Source of the DNA: Candidatus Protochlamydia phocaeensis
GTDB lineage: Bacteria > Chlamydiota > Chlamydiia > Chlamydiales > Parachlamydiaceae
NCBI RefSeq assembly: GCF_001545115.1
Contig: NZ_FCNU01000022.1
Span: 88,544-152,543, forward strand
Length of the DNA: 64,000 nt
Direction of reading: 5' to 3'
Under the pieces are notes generated by a model. That model did not search any database. It saw only the letters and a list, made by a program, of their open reading frames with translations, and was not told the DNA's origin. The position numbers and the translations under genes were made by a program. This document shows, one piece after another, positions 9,888 to 20,398 of the stretch. How positions within the stretch are numbered: the stretch's first letter is position 1; each line of letters starts with the position of its first letter.

Positions 9888-11090
9888 CTAGGCGGCTCTT
9901 AATGCTTTGGCAATTGGCATTTTGGCGACTTTTAAACCGGCTAGCAAGGAGGCGGCGATAGATGCCGTCACGCTTAATAGCATAGTAAAGTATACCATCT
10001 GCCACTCAAATTCGAATGAAATATAAAAAGGAAGCGTATTTCCCGGTGCCGGAGGCATCAGTAATTGATTGTCTAGGAAAAGCTTTAAGATCGAAAAAGT
10101 AAAGGCAATGCCGAACGCGCTTCCTATTATACCTAGAAATAATCCTTCAGCGATAATGAGGATCATGATATCCGCAATTGACTCGCCATTTGCACGGAAA
10201 TTTCCGATCTCTTGCTTTCTCTCTAAAATTGCAGCAGATACGGAATTAAAAATACCAAGTAGAACAATGGAGAGAATGATGGCCTGCACAACTTTATATT
10301 GCGCATGCAGCCAATCGACTGAATGCTGATAATAGACTTTGTCTAAAACCGCAAAAGAAGTGGCCTCCAATTCGGGAAATGCTTTTTCAAAATTCGATGC
10401 AAATGAATCCCAATCCAAATGGCTTCTTAAACCTAAAGCGATCAATTCTATTTGAGAGGTTTGCATCAAGGATTGCGCTTGCTTGAGTTGAATGCGAAAA
10501 AGGCGGTTGTCGGAATCGATAGAGCCTGTATTAAAAATACCGGTTACTTTAAGTTCCGCTTGATTAATCTTTCCTTCGATTGAATTGGCTAATACGGTTA
10601 GGGAATCACCCGGTTGAACGTTCAGGGCCTGCGCCAGTCCGATTCCCAGCAGGATTCCATCTTCTTGAAAGGACAATGTCTCGCCCGAGACAATATTGAG
10701 CTCATAAAAAAAAGTCGCTTCTTGTCCGGCATCGACGCCTTGTCCATAACCGCTGACCGTTTGGCTGTCTTTTTTCAGTAAGGCCGGAAAATTAATGCGG
10801 GGAAATACGTGCTCAACCTCTTCCTGTGCAGATAAATAAGCTTGCAGATCTTCCCAGTTTGCCATCCACTGCATCCATGGTTTTTCTTGAACAGTCTCTC
10901 GGTAATGCTTGGTATTGATCTGGCCATGGCCATAAAGAGAATGAATCGTGCTTTCTCTGTATTGATTGAGCACCCCATTAATGAAGCCCTTGAACGAGAA
11001 CAAGACTCCCGTTCCCAAAGCAATCGTTAGCAAAATAGCCAAGGTGCGGCGGTAATTGCGAAAGAGATTCATAAAAGAGAGAAATAACAT
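9888..11090 (-). CDS. ABC transporter permease of the FtsX/LolE-like family.
   Basis: It has an N-terminal TM, a large periplasmic loop and three C-terminal TMs in a 400-aa protein, and sits adjacent to a LolD-type ATPase. Confidence 0.7.
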   Translation of the reverse strand: MLFLSFMNLFRNYRRTLAILLTIALGTGVLFSFKGFINGVLNQYRESTIHSLYGHGQINTKHYRETVQEKPWMQWMANWEDLQAYLSAQEEVEHVFPRINFPALLKKDSQTVSGYGQGVDAGQEATFFYELNIVSGETLSFQEDGILLGIGLAQALNVQPGDSLTVLANSIEGKINQAELKVTGIFNTGSIDSDNRLFRIQLKQAQSLMQTSQIELIALGLRSHLDWDSFASNFEKAFPELEATSFAVLDKVYYQHSVDWLHAQYKVVQAIILSIVLLGIFNSVSAAILERKQEIGNFRANGESIADIMILIIAEGLFLGIIGSAFGIAFTFSILKLFLDNQLLMPPAPGNTLPFYISFEFEWQMVYFTMLLSVTASIAASLLAGLKVAKMPIAKALRAA

Positions 11091-11159
11091 GTCTGTTTCC
11101 TAATTTGTTGAATAGAAAAGCTATTTTTAGCCTATGAAATGGCATTCAATAGAAATCGT

Positions 11160-11846
11160 TTAAATGGAAGACAACGCTCCATCTTTAATCTGAAAATTGC
11201 AGCTAGCAAATGATTGGACCATGGCATCATGGGTTGTCAAAATGATAGAAGCTTGTTTTTTTTCCACTAAATGATGAAAGATATCCATGATTTCCCGGCC
11301 GGTCTTTTGGTCTAGGTTCGCCGTCGGCTCATCTCCAATGATGACTTCTGGTTTTTTTGCAATAGCCCGGGCGATGGCCACCCGCTGTCTTTGCCCTCCG
11401 CTTAATTCCCCGGGCTTTTTCATGCGGTGTTCCCATAAGCCTACCGCTTCGAGCGCCTCTTGAACTCTTTGCTTAATTTCATTTTTAAAAAGCCCTTGGC
11501 GTGCCAGAAAATAAGCAATATTCTCTTCCGCTGTAAAAACAGGAATTAAATGGAATTGTTGGAAAATAAATCCGATCTGGTATTTGCGAATGTGATTTTT
11601 TTGCTTCTCATTTATTGTAGACAGATCTTCATTCAAAAATAACACCTGTCCGGATTGGCTGTCTTCGATCAGTCCTAAAACATTAAGCAAGGTGGACTTG
11701 CCGGATCCGGAGGGCCCCGAGAGAGTAACTAATTCATACTTTGGAATAGTAAGAGAGATTCCCCGTAACGCCTCCATTTTTACCGAACCGAGTTGGTAAG
11801 AGAAGTAAACGTCTTTTAGTTGGTATAAATAATTATCGCGTTTCAA
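11160..11846 (-). CDS. ABC transporter ATP-binding protein, LolD/MacB-type.
   Basis: Walker A GPSGSGKSTLLN, signature [14 protein letters not shown] and Walker B VIIGDEPT are present. Confidence 0.85.
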   Translation of the reverse strand: MKRDNYLYQLKDVYFSYQLGSVKMEALRGISLTIPKYELVTLSGPSGSGKSTLLNVLGLIEDSQSGQVLFLNEDLSTINEKQKNHIRKYQIGFIFQQFHLIPVFTAEENIAYFLARQGLFKNEIKQRVQEALEAVGLWEHRMKKPGELSGGQRQRVAIARAIAKKPEVIIGDEPTANLDQKTGREIMDIFHHLVEKKQASIILTTHDAMVQSFASCNFQIKDGALSSI

Positions 11847-12164
11847 AAGAATACCTTAATTTGCATTTATTAAAAATTAGTTGGGTTTGATTTATTGAAT
11901 AAGGAACGATTGTTTACTGACTAAATTTCAGTGATAGACTCAAAATTATAATTTTCCGCGTTTTATTTTTTCAACTATTTGCAGGTGATAAATGGAAAAG
12001 AATTTTTAAAAAATAATTGAATGTTTGAAGGATTGACCGTATACAAGAGAGTATCTTTAAAGTGTTAAGGATTTGATTTAAGCGAGTTTTTGAATTTAAA
12101 GCTCTATCTTACCGTCTCTAGTCACAATAAGTGTGTGAAAAAGAATTAAGCGTAATGAAGTCGC

Positions 12165-13742
12165 ATGAATAGCCTTCTTAGTCTTGTCATTATGATGTCA
12201 ATTGCGGCTTTGCTTGTCGATGTGGCGCAGAGGTTTCGCATTCCTTATCCGATTACCTTAGTGTTAGGTGGAACATGCTTAGGATTTCTTCCGGGCTTGA
12301 ATCCCGTTTTTTTAAATCCCAATTCTATCTTAGTCTTGGTTCTTCCTCCTATTCTTTATTATGGGGCTTATTGGATTTCTTTTAGGGAGTTTAAGAAAAA
12401 TCTAAGAGAAATTTTTTCCTTGGCGCTTGGTTTAGTCATTGCTACCACAATTGTCATTGGAATCATCTTTAAAGCGCTTTTTCCTGAGCTTTCCTGGTCG
12501 TTGGCTTTTGCCGTTGGCGCGATTATCTCTCCGCCGGATGCCATGGCTGCCACCGCCATTCTTAGGCATTTTAATATAGGCACGCGCTTGTCTACGATTC
12601 TAGAAGGAGAGAGCTTGGTCAATGATGCTTCGGCTTTAGTTCTGTATCGCTTAGCTGTTAACGCGCTTTTAATCGGTTCTTTTTCTTTTGTAGAAGGGGT
12701 CGAGCAATTTTTTTTCATTGCCAGCGGAGGAATTTTAATAGGCGTAATTACAGGCTTAGCGCTTCAAATATTTTCCAGACAATTTTTAGATCCTGTTGTA
12801 GGGCTTTTATTTTCTTTTATCGTTCCCTATTTGACCTATATTCTTGCCGATTCGCTAGGCGTGTCCGGCGTTCTAGCTGTTGTTGTAAATGGCCTAATGG
12901 GCGCACGCATTATTATTAAGCATGCTTCTTCGCTTAGGCGCGTGCTTGGCTATACAACATGGGATATTTTTATTATCTTCTTAAACTGTTTTGTCTTTAT
13001 TTTGATCGGTTCTCAGCTTAGGGGGTTGACAGCCGGCATGACGGGAAAACAAATCATTCTTTATGCGAGCTATGGAATATTGATCATGGGAGTCCTCACT
13101 GTTCTTCGCCTAGTGTGGGTCTATGCCCGGAAAAGCTATGCTTATTTTAAGGCACGCCAAGATCCTAAAAAGGAAGCACAGTGCCAATACATTTTTCGAG
13201 AGTCCGCTATTATTGGCTGGTCGGGAATGCGGGGAATTGTTTCTTTAGCTGCTGCCCTGGCCTTGCCTATTACTCATGGCGATGGTTCTTTGGTAGAAGG
13301 CCGTGAAATTGCCATATTTATTGTTTTCATTGTCATCTTGCTAAGTCTTTTAATCCCTGGATTGACTTTGCCTTTTCTCATTCGCTGGTTGCACATTCAC
13401 CCTGGCTCTGAAGCAATAATGGTGAAAAAAATTAGAAAAAAACTCTTAGAGGCAGCTTCTAAGCAAATTAATTATTTGCATGAAACTAATCATTTAACTG
13501 AAGAAGAACAAAATTTTTTAATGAACTACTTCATCGCTCATCATCACATTTTTGAGACTCATTCTACGGTCGATGAAAAAAAACAAAAATTGGAGTCTGC
13601 TCGAATTAAGATTATTCAAGCTCAACGCCGTTTTCTCTTACAACTGTGGGAAAGCGGAGAAGTGGGCGACCATCTATTTACTCAGCTTGAACGCGAATTG
13701 GATATCGAAGAAGCGCATGCGACGCGCGCAGAAATTAGCTAA
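12165..13742 (+). CDS. Na+/H+ antiporter, CPA1 family, NhaP-type.
   Basis: It has about 12 TM segments and a hydrophilic C-terminal tail. Polytopic CPA1-like TM segments: ISPPDAMAATAIL, LEGESLVNDASALVLY. Confidence 0.75.
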   Translation: MNSLLSLVIMMSIAALLVDVAQRFRIPYPITLVLGGTCLGFLPGLNPVFLNPNSILVLVLPPILYYGAYWISFREFKKNLREIFSLALGLVIATTIVIGIIFKALFPELSWSLAFAVGAIISPPDAMAATAILRHFNIGTRLSTILEGESLVNDASALVLYRLAVNALLIGSFSFVEGVEQFFFIASGGILIGVITGLALQIFSRQFLDPVVGLLFSFIVPYLTYILADSLGVSGVLAVVVNGLMGARIIIKHASSLRRVLGYTTWDIFIIFLNCFVFILIGSQLRGLTAGMTGKQIILYASYGILIMGVLTVLRLVWVYARKSYAYFKARQDPKKEAQCQYIFRESAIIGWSGMRGIVSLAAALALPITHGDGSLVEGREIAIFIVFIVILLSLLIPGLTLPFLIRWLHIHPGSEAIMVKKIRKKLLEAASKQINYLHETNHLTEEEQNFLMNYFIAHHHIFETHSTVDEKKQKLESARIKIIQAQRRFLLQLWESGEVGDHLFTQLERELDIEEAHATRAEIS

Positions 13743-14250
13743 GTGTTTTTTTTAAGAAAGTTTGCTTATGAACCGACTGATTTTAAAAAAGTAAAAAGCT
13801 AAGCGCTAGAAACCCATCAGAAAGTAATTAAAGCGCTCTTAATTAAGTGTCATCCAGAGAACTGCTATTAGCAGCCACGCCGCTGTATACTTTTCATCAA
13901 GGCTGCATTTTGGCATCTTTTCTATCGTTAGCCTGTTTTCGGGGCAATTGATTCAAAAATTGCAGGGCAAAGGATCTGTCCATAAGTTTAACGGGGGTTG
14001 CAGCTTTAACGCTTGCAGGCTGGATTGGATGGCGCTTGCTTCGTCTTTGACCGCTCTTTTTATGATCTTGTTTGGTGTGGATTGGCCATTTGATCGACTC
14101 TACTTTAATTATCTTTTTGGCGACCCGGCTGAGCGGCTGCCTGGCTTGGGGCATCCTGCGATCCAATAGGGAGGCATTTTCTAAAAAAAAGATTGTCAAA
14201 AAATCCTATAAAAAAAACACTAGGCAAGCAAAACAATTTTTGAGGGGTTT

Positions 14251-16233
14251 TTGATAATGAGAAAATGGTTCCGCTTTCTGACTTGGACTGCAGCGAGTGC
14301 GATTAGCTTAACGGCTGCTTTTGCCGATGGCAAAACAATTGAAGATGATTTAATGGCGAGTGAAATCAAGCATGTTGTTTTCCTTATGCTTGAGAATCGC
14401 TCATTTGATAATGTGCTCGCTTGGCTTTACAACCAAGATAATCCCCCCGCTTATTTCATCCCGAAAGAAAAAAACGAAGCCTACTATGGATTATCAGAAG
14501 ATACGCTGCATCAATACACCAATGTTCTTAAAAGCTCTAATGGCGAAGTTTTATTTAGCTGCCCTCCCATCAAAGGGATTCCTTCTGTCTCTTCCACTCC
14601 TTATCGTAATTCCCCCAAGTTTGATCCACATGAGCCTTTTTTGCATGTCATGAAGCAAATATTTGGCGAAGATCAAAATGGATCGACACCAAATATGACC
14701 GGATTTTTGCAAGATTTTGCTTCCATTTGGTGGGAGCATGAATGGCTCAATCAAAAGGCTAATATTTGTGCGATCATGGAGACGTATACCGATGAGGAAA
14801 TGCCTGTGCTATATAGCTTAGCTAGGCATTATGCTGTTAGCGATCTGTGGTTTTCCTCCGTCCCGACTCAGACAAATCCAAACCGCGCTTTTTCGATTTG
14901 CGGAACATCGGAAGGAGAAGTGATCAACGGACCTTTGGGAAAAAGCTTATTCCGTGCGGATACGATCTGGAATAGGCTCGCAGAAGAATCGCCCGAGACG
15001 ACTTGGATGATTTTCTGGCAATCCGATATCCTTCCAGGCATTATCCGCGGTCCCTATAGTGGAAAAAATACGTTTGCAAGCCTGAGGCGTATTCCCAATT
15101 TAGATCAACATTATCTTAAAATAGACCGCTTTCATGAGATGGCTAGAAACGGCCAGCTGCCTGATTTTAGCTTTATAGAGCCGCAATGGACAGTCTCCAT
15201 TGACTTGGATTCCAAAGTTAAGTTCATGGACGAACTAGGCATTCAATCCCTTCTTATTGGATTGCAGGGGAATGATTTGCATCCGCCGGGAGATGTGCGG
15301 ACAGGAGAAAACCTGCTAGCCAATATTTACACGAGCTTGATTGCCAATCCGGAAGCGTGGAGCAAAACCTTACTGATTATCACTTTTGATGAGCATGGCG
15401 GCCTGTTTGATCACGTTCCGCCTCCTAAAGCGATCCCGCCGGATGAACATGCGCAAAATGGATTTGGCTTTGATCGTTATGGGGTAAGAGTGCCGGCTCT
15501 TTTCATTTCGCCTAAAATCAGCAAAGGAACGGTCATCCGCTCTGAAAATCCAGACGTGCCTTTTGATCATACATCTTTCATTTCAACCCTCTTGCAATGG
15601 AAGGGAATTAATAAAAGAAAATGGAATATGGGCAGACGTGTGGACAATGCGCCCACTTTCGGCAGTGTGATTACCTTAACACAAGCGCGAGAGGATAGCG
15701 CGGTTATCCCCAGTGCGGCTCCGCAGCGCATTGACGATGAGCAACAGGCCATTTCTATGGGAAACAAATTCTATTTGCGCGATAAAGACGGACATTATTT
15801 GATAAAGACGGGAAATGGCTGGCTGAAGCAAGCGCCATTAGGATCAATTGAAGACAGAGTGGCTCTTGAATTTGTTGGCGGAAGCGGCAAGGTGACACAT
15901 GGCTCATTTGTGTTTATTCAGGCCGATGATCCAAAGCTTGGCAATTCAAATCTGCTGGAGGCCTTACTGAGCCATCTCGATTGCGTGTACGATAAAAGAA
16001 AGCAATCAAGCGGGCAATGGTGGACAGTCAAAAGCATGGAGTATCCGTATGTAGGCGCTCCTATTCAGGGCGGCGACCGCATCTATTTGGAGAACCATGT
16101 GTACTTGGATTTATTCCAGTATGTTCCGGCAAGGTTGAGCAAGCGCGCCAATTTTTTTGGAGAATATCTCATGATGAAGCCCCTGTCTGAATCGGACTGG
16201 GATGAGGATTATTGGATTATTGAAAAGGCTTAA
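14251..16233 (+). CDS. Secreted phosphoesterase-family protein (phospholipase C / acid phosphatase, PlcN/AcpA-like) with an extra C-terminal domain.
   Basis: An N-terminal signal peptide is followed by LENRSFDNVL, the phosphoesterase-family motif, and ITFDEHGGLFDHV. The C-terminal ~150 aa is an additional domain with a short internal repeat (DKDGHYLIKTGNGW). Confidence 0.75.
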   Translation: MIMRKWFRFLTWTAASAISLTAAFADGKTIEDDLMASEIKHVVFLMLENRSFDNVLAWLYNQDNPPAYFIPKEKNEAYYGLSEDTLHQYTNVLKSSNGEVLFSCPPIKGIPSVSSTPYRNSPKFDPHEPFLHVMKQIFGEDQNGSTPNMTGFLQDFASIWWEHEWLNQKANICAIMETYTDEEMPVLYSLARHYAVSDLWFSSVPTQTNPNRAFSICGTSEGEVINGPLGKSLFRADTIWNRLAEESPETTWMIFWQSDILPGIIRGPYSGKNTFASLRRIPNLDQHYLKIDRFHEMARNGQLPDFSFIEPQWTVSIDLDSKVKFMDELGIQSLLIGLQGNDLHPPGDVRTGENLLANIYTSLIANPEAWSKTLLIITFDEHGGLFDHVPPPKAIPPDEHAQNGFGFDRYGVRVPALFISPKISKGTVIRSENPDVPFDHTSFISTLLQWKGINKRKWNMGRRVDNAPTFGSVITLTQAREDSAVIPSAAPQRIDDEQQAISMGNKFYLRDKDGHYLIKTGNGWLKQAPLGSIEDRVALEFVGGSGKVTHGSFVFIQADDPKLGNSNLLEALLSHLDCVYDKRKQSSGQWWTVKSMEYPYVGAPIQGGDRIYLENHVYLDLFQYVPARLSKRANFFGEYLMMKPLSESDWDEDYWIIEKA

Positions 16234-16305
16234 TGAGCGATTAAAGAAGAGAGTGGCAGATAATTGGAGGGCAGCTTTCGATGAAAGTGCCCTTATCCGC
16301 TTTGC

Positions 16306-16647
16306 TCAGCCTTTAAAAATGAAGAAAGCGGCCAGCACAATAAAAATAAATCCAATCAGATGATTAAGCTTGATTCCCTCGTTAAGATAAAAATAAGAGA
16401 AAAAGCAAAAGACGATAAGCGTGATAATCTCTTGAATTGTTTTTAACTGGACCGTCGAAAACTGATAACTGCCTATGCGATTGGCTGGCACTTGAAGGCA
16501 ATATTCAAATAAGGCAATTCCCCAACTGGCTAGGATGGTTAGAATAAGGGGAGCTTGGCGGAATTTCAAGTGGCCGTACCAAGCAAATGTCATAAAAATA
16601 TTCGAAAGGGTTAACAAAATAATTGTTTGCATATCTCGCATCCTCAT
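16306..16647 (-). CDS. Small integral membrane protein (4 TM, DMT/EamA-like half-transporter or DUF486-like).
   Basis: It is 113 aa and almost entirely hydrophobic helices. Confidence 0.45.
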   Translation of the reverse strand: MRMRDMQTIILLTLSNIFMTFAWYGHLKFRQAPLILTILASWGIALFEYCLQVPANRIGSYQFSTVQLKTIQEIITLIVFCFFSYFYLNEGIKLNHLIGFIFIVLAAFFIFKG

Positions 16648-17121
16648 TTATTTAAGCAAAAATTTAAGTCCAAAAAGAAAGCAAATCAAGACATTTATGA
16701 ACTGCTGAAAAAGACAGTTGAAAAAATAGAAGGTAATGCAAAGATCCATCCTGTCTACTTGCCTTAAAAAGCCTAGACATTTTTCACAGGCGACAAATTT
16801 TTTTAGATGGATATTCTAGACCATTAACCTTTACACGAAAGGCAACTGGCTTCTTTGGCGAGTTATTCCAAATGTAAGTGACGATACGTTCTAGTAGATA
16901 AAGGAGAAGGTAAAACTTCATTAAAGTGGGATATATTATTTTCTTACTCGAATATAGCAATTCGACGGCGCTTTCTCAAAGCTATTGAATCTCCTCTAGC
17001 CTCTAGTTTCGGATTTCTCCTATTTGAATTCATTAACGCGTTAAATAAGTAATGGACAGGTTTTTAGTCATCTGTCATTTAATGAGAGTTTAAAATGAAT
17101 AATTTTTTTACTAGATAGGCG

Positions 17122-18165
17122 ATGATCATAAAAAGACATCCAATAAAAGAACTGTTTCACAAACACTTAGCAAGGCTAAATCCGGTCAGCTTTGGCTATG
17201 TCATGGCGACAGGAGCGCTCTCCACAGCTCTATATGTCACGGGTTGGTTTGTTCTTTCAGATATCTTTTTGCTCTTTGCTCTTTTGGGCTATCTTTTTTT
17301 AGTTGGATTATTTAGCTGGCGGGGAATTGCGTATTCCCAACTTGTCCTATCCGAAATATCCGCAATTCCTCCTCTTTTCAAATATTTGACTTTTAGCGCC
17401 GGTTCAAATTCTTTAGCGACGCGTCTAGTGATAGACGGCTATGTGAAAAGTGGTTTCATTTTGGCATTTATTGGGATTATTTCTTGTCTTGGACTAATTT
17501 ATGCCATTTTTTGCCGCATGTTTTTCCATAGAAAAGCCTCGATCCAAGAGATTAGTCCTATTTGGCTTCTCATGGCGATTGCCTGTCATTCTTGCGGAAT
17601 AAGCTTAACAGCCCTTTGGATGGACGGGGCTCTCGCTCATCCATTTTTTTTGTTGTTTGTGTTCAGTTTTTGGTCTTTCGGGGTATTTATTTACATTATT
17701 TTTATGGCCTTGAATATCTACCGCATGCTCTTTTTACCTTTTGGAGGGAAGGATCTTCATCCCGCCTACTGGACGTGCATGGGAGCGGCAGCAATTGCTG
17801 TTTTTGATGGGAGCCAATTAATTTTGGTTGAACATATGCCGGTTTTTATCCAAGTGGCAAAGCCCTTCATTGAAGGAATGATTCTCCTTCTATGGGCATG
17901 GGGATCGGCTTGGATTCCCATTTTGTTGATAATGGGAGGCTGGAAATACGGCTATTTTAATATGCCTTTTCGCTATCATCCTTCTCTATGGGCTGCCGTC
18001 TTCCCACTTGGCATCTATACCTTGGCAACGTATGCTCTCTTATCTCATTTTCACATGGATTTTCTATCGCCCTTAGTCTCTTTTGATTTAGCTGTCACCT
18101 TTTTTGCTTGGATCCTCGTCGCTTACAAGAGCCGGTTAGTTCCTTGGACGGGTGATGGAGACTAG
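17122..18165 (+). CDS. Polytopic membrane protein (~10 TM), possibly a TehA/TDT-family transporter.
   Basis: Only the hydrophobicity pattern supports this. I see no firm motif. Confidence 0.4.
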   Translation: MIIKRHPIKELFHKHLARLNPVSFGYVMATGALSTALYVTGWFVLSDIFLLFALLGYLFLVGLFSWRGIAYSQLVLSEISAIPPLFKYLTFSAGSNSLATRLVIDGYVKSGFILAFIGIISCLGLIYAIFCRMFFHRKASIQEISPIWLLMAIACHSCGISLTALWMDGALAHPFFLLFVFSFWSFGVFIYIIFMALNIYRMLFLPFGGKDLHPAYWTCMGAAAIAVFDGSQLILVEHMPVFIQVAKPFIEGMILLLWAWGSAWIPILLIMGGWKYGYFNMPFRYHPSLWAAVFPLGIYTLATYALLSHFHMDFLSPLVSFDLAVTFFAWILVAYKSRLVPWTGDGD

Positions 18166-18344
18166 GGACACACCCAAGGCGTGCCGCCAAACAGAAAAGA
18201 ATTCGCCTATACGTTTATTGCCTAATTGTCAGCACGCCCTGGATACAAAAGCCTTTTTCCTTTATAATGAAGAGCATAAGGGTCAAGTTAATGCGTGGCA
18301 TGGAAATTGGCCCAATAAAAAAAATAGGACGGATAAGGTAATTT

Positions 18345-18614
18345 ATGGATACAAGACGTGCTAAGCTTCAATATCGCGGGTCATTGGTTTGGCTTATTTT
18401 CTGGCTAATCGTATTTTTTCCCATTGCTCTCGTTTTGCTCTTTACGGCAAGTGCTTTTGAACTCAATCAAACGACTTATGATTTTCAATATAATGGCTCG
18501 CGCTTCTGGCTTTGTTTTTGGATTCTAGTCTTTTTCCCGCTGGCCTTTTTATTATTATTTATTAATGGAATCTCTGTCAGAATTATTGATCATCGTCAAA
18601 ATCCTTATTCTTAA
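18345..18614 (+). CDS. Small membrane protein with an internal tandem duplication.
   Basis: Two near-identical halves are present, LVWLIFWLIVFFPIALVLLF…SAFELNQ and FWLCFWILVFFPLAFLLLF…ISVRIID. Confidence 0.4.
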   Translation: MDTRRAKLQYRGSLVWLIFWLIVFFPIALVLLFTASAFELNQTTYDFQYNGSRFWLCFWILVFFPLAFLLLFINGISVRIIDHRQNPYS

Positions 18615-18990
18615 TTAAGAGCGCTTCAGCTGGATGTTGGATTTGCTGCCTGTATTGGCGCATTTTTTCAGATTCTTCGCGGTCATGCCGGTCTTTCTCC
18701 ACCTGAGCGGGCTCTGCGCCTTCTCTTTCATGATAGTCTTGGACTTTTTTCAGCAGATAATCAGGAATAATTTGACGCGTATTCTTTGCAGGCTTGCTAG
18801 TTAGGCCTGCCTGTTCTTTCTCTTCTTTCAAAATGGTGGGCTGATCGGCTGAACAAGGGCATTCCTCATAGTAAAAATAGGACGCGTCTTGGGTTTCTAG
18901 ATCGCAGATGGACTTTTCCATATGGCAAGAGAAATGGTTAGCATGAAAGAATGATAGGTCTGTTGCTTCTATCCAAAAGGCATCGCACAT
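18583..18990 (-). CDS. Hypothetical protein.
   Basis: It is a 135-aa ORF, Cys/His-rich at the N-terminus and acidic/charged at the C-terminus. It is convergent with the previous small ORF and overlaps it by 32 nt. Confidence 0.3.
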   Translation of the reverse strand: MCDAFWIEATDLSFFHANHFSCHMEKSICDLETQDASYFYYEECPCSADQPTILKEEKEQAGLTSKPAKNTRQIIPDYLLKKVQDYHEREGAEPAQVEKDRHDREESEKMRQYRQQIQHPAEALLIKNKDFDDDQ

Positions 18991-19027
18991 ATGGGCTCCT
19001 TAGGGGGTAATACATTCTGTTAAAATT

Positions 19028-20398
19028 TTAGGCCAAGCCAACCGCCTTCCAGGCGTTGATAAGATCATAATGCATTTTATAGTCTGTGGGAAAATGCTTA
19101 AGGGCCGTGCAAAGTGTGGCATAGGCAAATTCAGGCATGGTGCAATTCGGCTTGATCAATCCGTCTGTTTTAAGAGTCAAAAACCATAGAAGGCCGGCTT
19201 TTTGCCACGCATAGCCTCCTTGCGCCTGTGCAAATAAACAAAAAGCTTTATTGGGAATACCCGAATTAATGTGAACGCCGCCCTCATCTTCCGTTCCTAA
19301 ATAGCGCTGACTGTAATGATCAGGCTGAGGGTCTTTTCCTAGGATATGAGAATGATAAGCCGTTCCCGGTGCTTTCATAGAACGCAGGGCATAGCTATTT
19401 CCTCCCAATTGAATGGTCCCTTCTCCGATTAACCAGCTGGCTTGATCGACTGTCTGATTATTTTTGTATTGAATGACTAAAGATCCCCAGACATCCGACA
19501 AATGTTCATTTAATGCTCCGGCCTCTCCCTCGTAGTTCAGCTTATCTCCAGTCACCGCATGTCCAAATTCATGGCCAACGATTGAGAGCTCGGTAAAATT
19601 TTTAAAGATATCGTCACCATCGCCATAGACCATCTGCTCGCCGTTCCAAAAGGCGTTGGCATAAAGTTTATCGAAATGGACGGTCGAACGGATTTCAGTC
19701 CCTTTGCCGTCAAAAGAGTTTAAACCATAGGTTTTCATCCAAAATTGATACACATCTTGAGCGGCTTTTAAGGCTTTGCTTGCTGTCGGGCTCATTGAAG
19801 CAGAATGCGAATTTTGATTGGAAGCGACAAACTTGCCTGGCAGTTTTGCTTTATTCTGAGCATTGTAAACGCTAATAAGCGGTTCTTTATTGGGATTGCC
19901 GGCATAAATAGTAAAGGTCTTGTTACTAAGATCTGATTGCGGACGGATCAAATCCTTGTTTAGGCTATCGCTGCGTATGGCGTCAATTTGATGCACTTTC
20001 TCTTGGATATAGGAAGGAATCACGTAGCAACACGTACAAGGATGCCGGCAATCGTCTAGCTTACGGATCTCATGTCCGCCATAAGAAACTGTTTTCTCAA
20101 TGGCATCAACGACGGCTCGTTGCAAAGATTCAAGCGCTTCGATAGCAGAGGGATTTTCGATTTGATCGGTTGATTCAATTTGCTTTAAATAGGAGGCAAT
20201 CGCAACTTCGCAAGAATGTTTTAAGGTTTCATCGTCAGGATCGGCTATTGCTTGCTTGAGCTTTTCCAAGGCAGGTGCCTCTTCCACTTCTTCTGCACTA
20301 GCCGCTTCTGAAGAATCTGAAATAGAAGTTAAATGAGTCAAAGAGGCGTTGGCATGAATGAGGCGAAGATCTTCTGTTCCAACAAATTTCAATGTCAT
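19028..20398 (-). CDS. M4 (thermolysin/protealysin-like) zinc metalloprotease with an N-terminal propeptide.
   Basis: The HEXXH motif VGHEFGHAVT is present, with the third zinc ligand in GALNEHLSDVWG. GGVHINSGIPNKAF is also present. Confidence 0.85.
   Translation of the reverse strand: MTLKFVGTEDLRLIHANASLTHLTSISDSSEAASAEEVEEAPALEKLKQAIADPDDETLKHSCEVAIASYLKQIESTDQIENPSAIEALESLQRAVVDAIEKTVSYGGHEIRKLDDCRHPCTCCYVIPSYIQEKVHQIDAIRSDSLNKDLIRPQSDLSNKTFTIYAGNPNKEPLISVYNAQNKAKLPGKFVASNQNSHSASMSPTASKALKAAQDVYQFWMKTYGLNSFDGKGTEIRSTVHFDKLYANAFWNGEQMVYGDGDDIFKNFTELSIVGHEFGHAVTGDKLNYEGEAGALNEHLSDVWGSLVIQYKNNQTVDQASWLIGEGTIQLGGNSYALRSMKAPGTAYHSHILGKDPQPDHYSQRYLGTEDEGGVHINSGIPNKAFCLFAQAQGGYAWQKAGLLWFLTLKTDGLIKPNCTMPEFAYATLCTALKHFPTDYKMHYDLINAWKAVGLA

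Noticed and set aside
13743-14250. Small ORFs (13897-14199 minus, 13948-14169 plus, 14072-14254 plus) in the 500-bp gap before the phosphoesterase gene.
   Set aside because: They overlap one another, are basic or low-complexity, and have no motifs. The region is more likely a promoter or leader.
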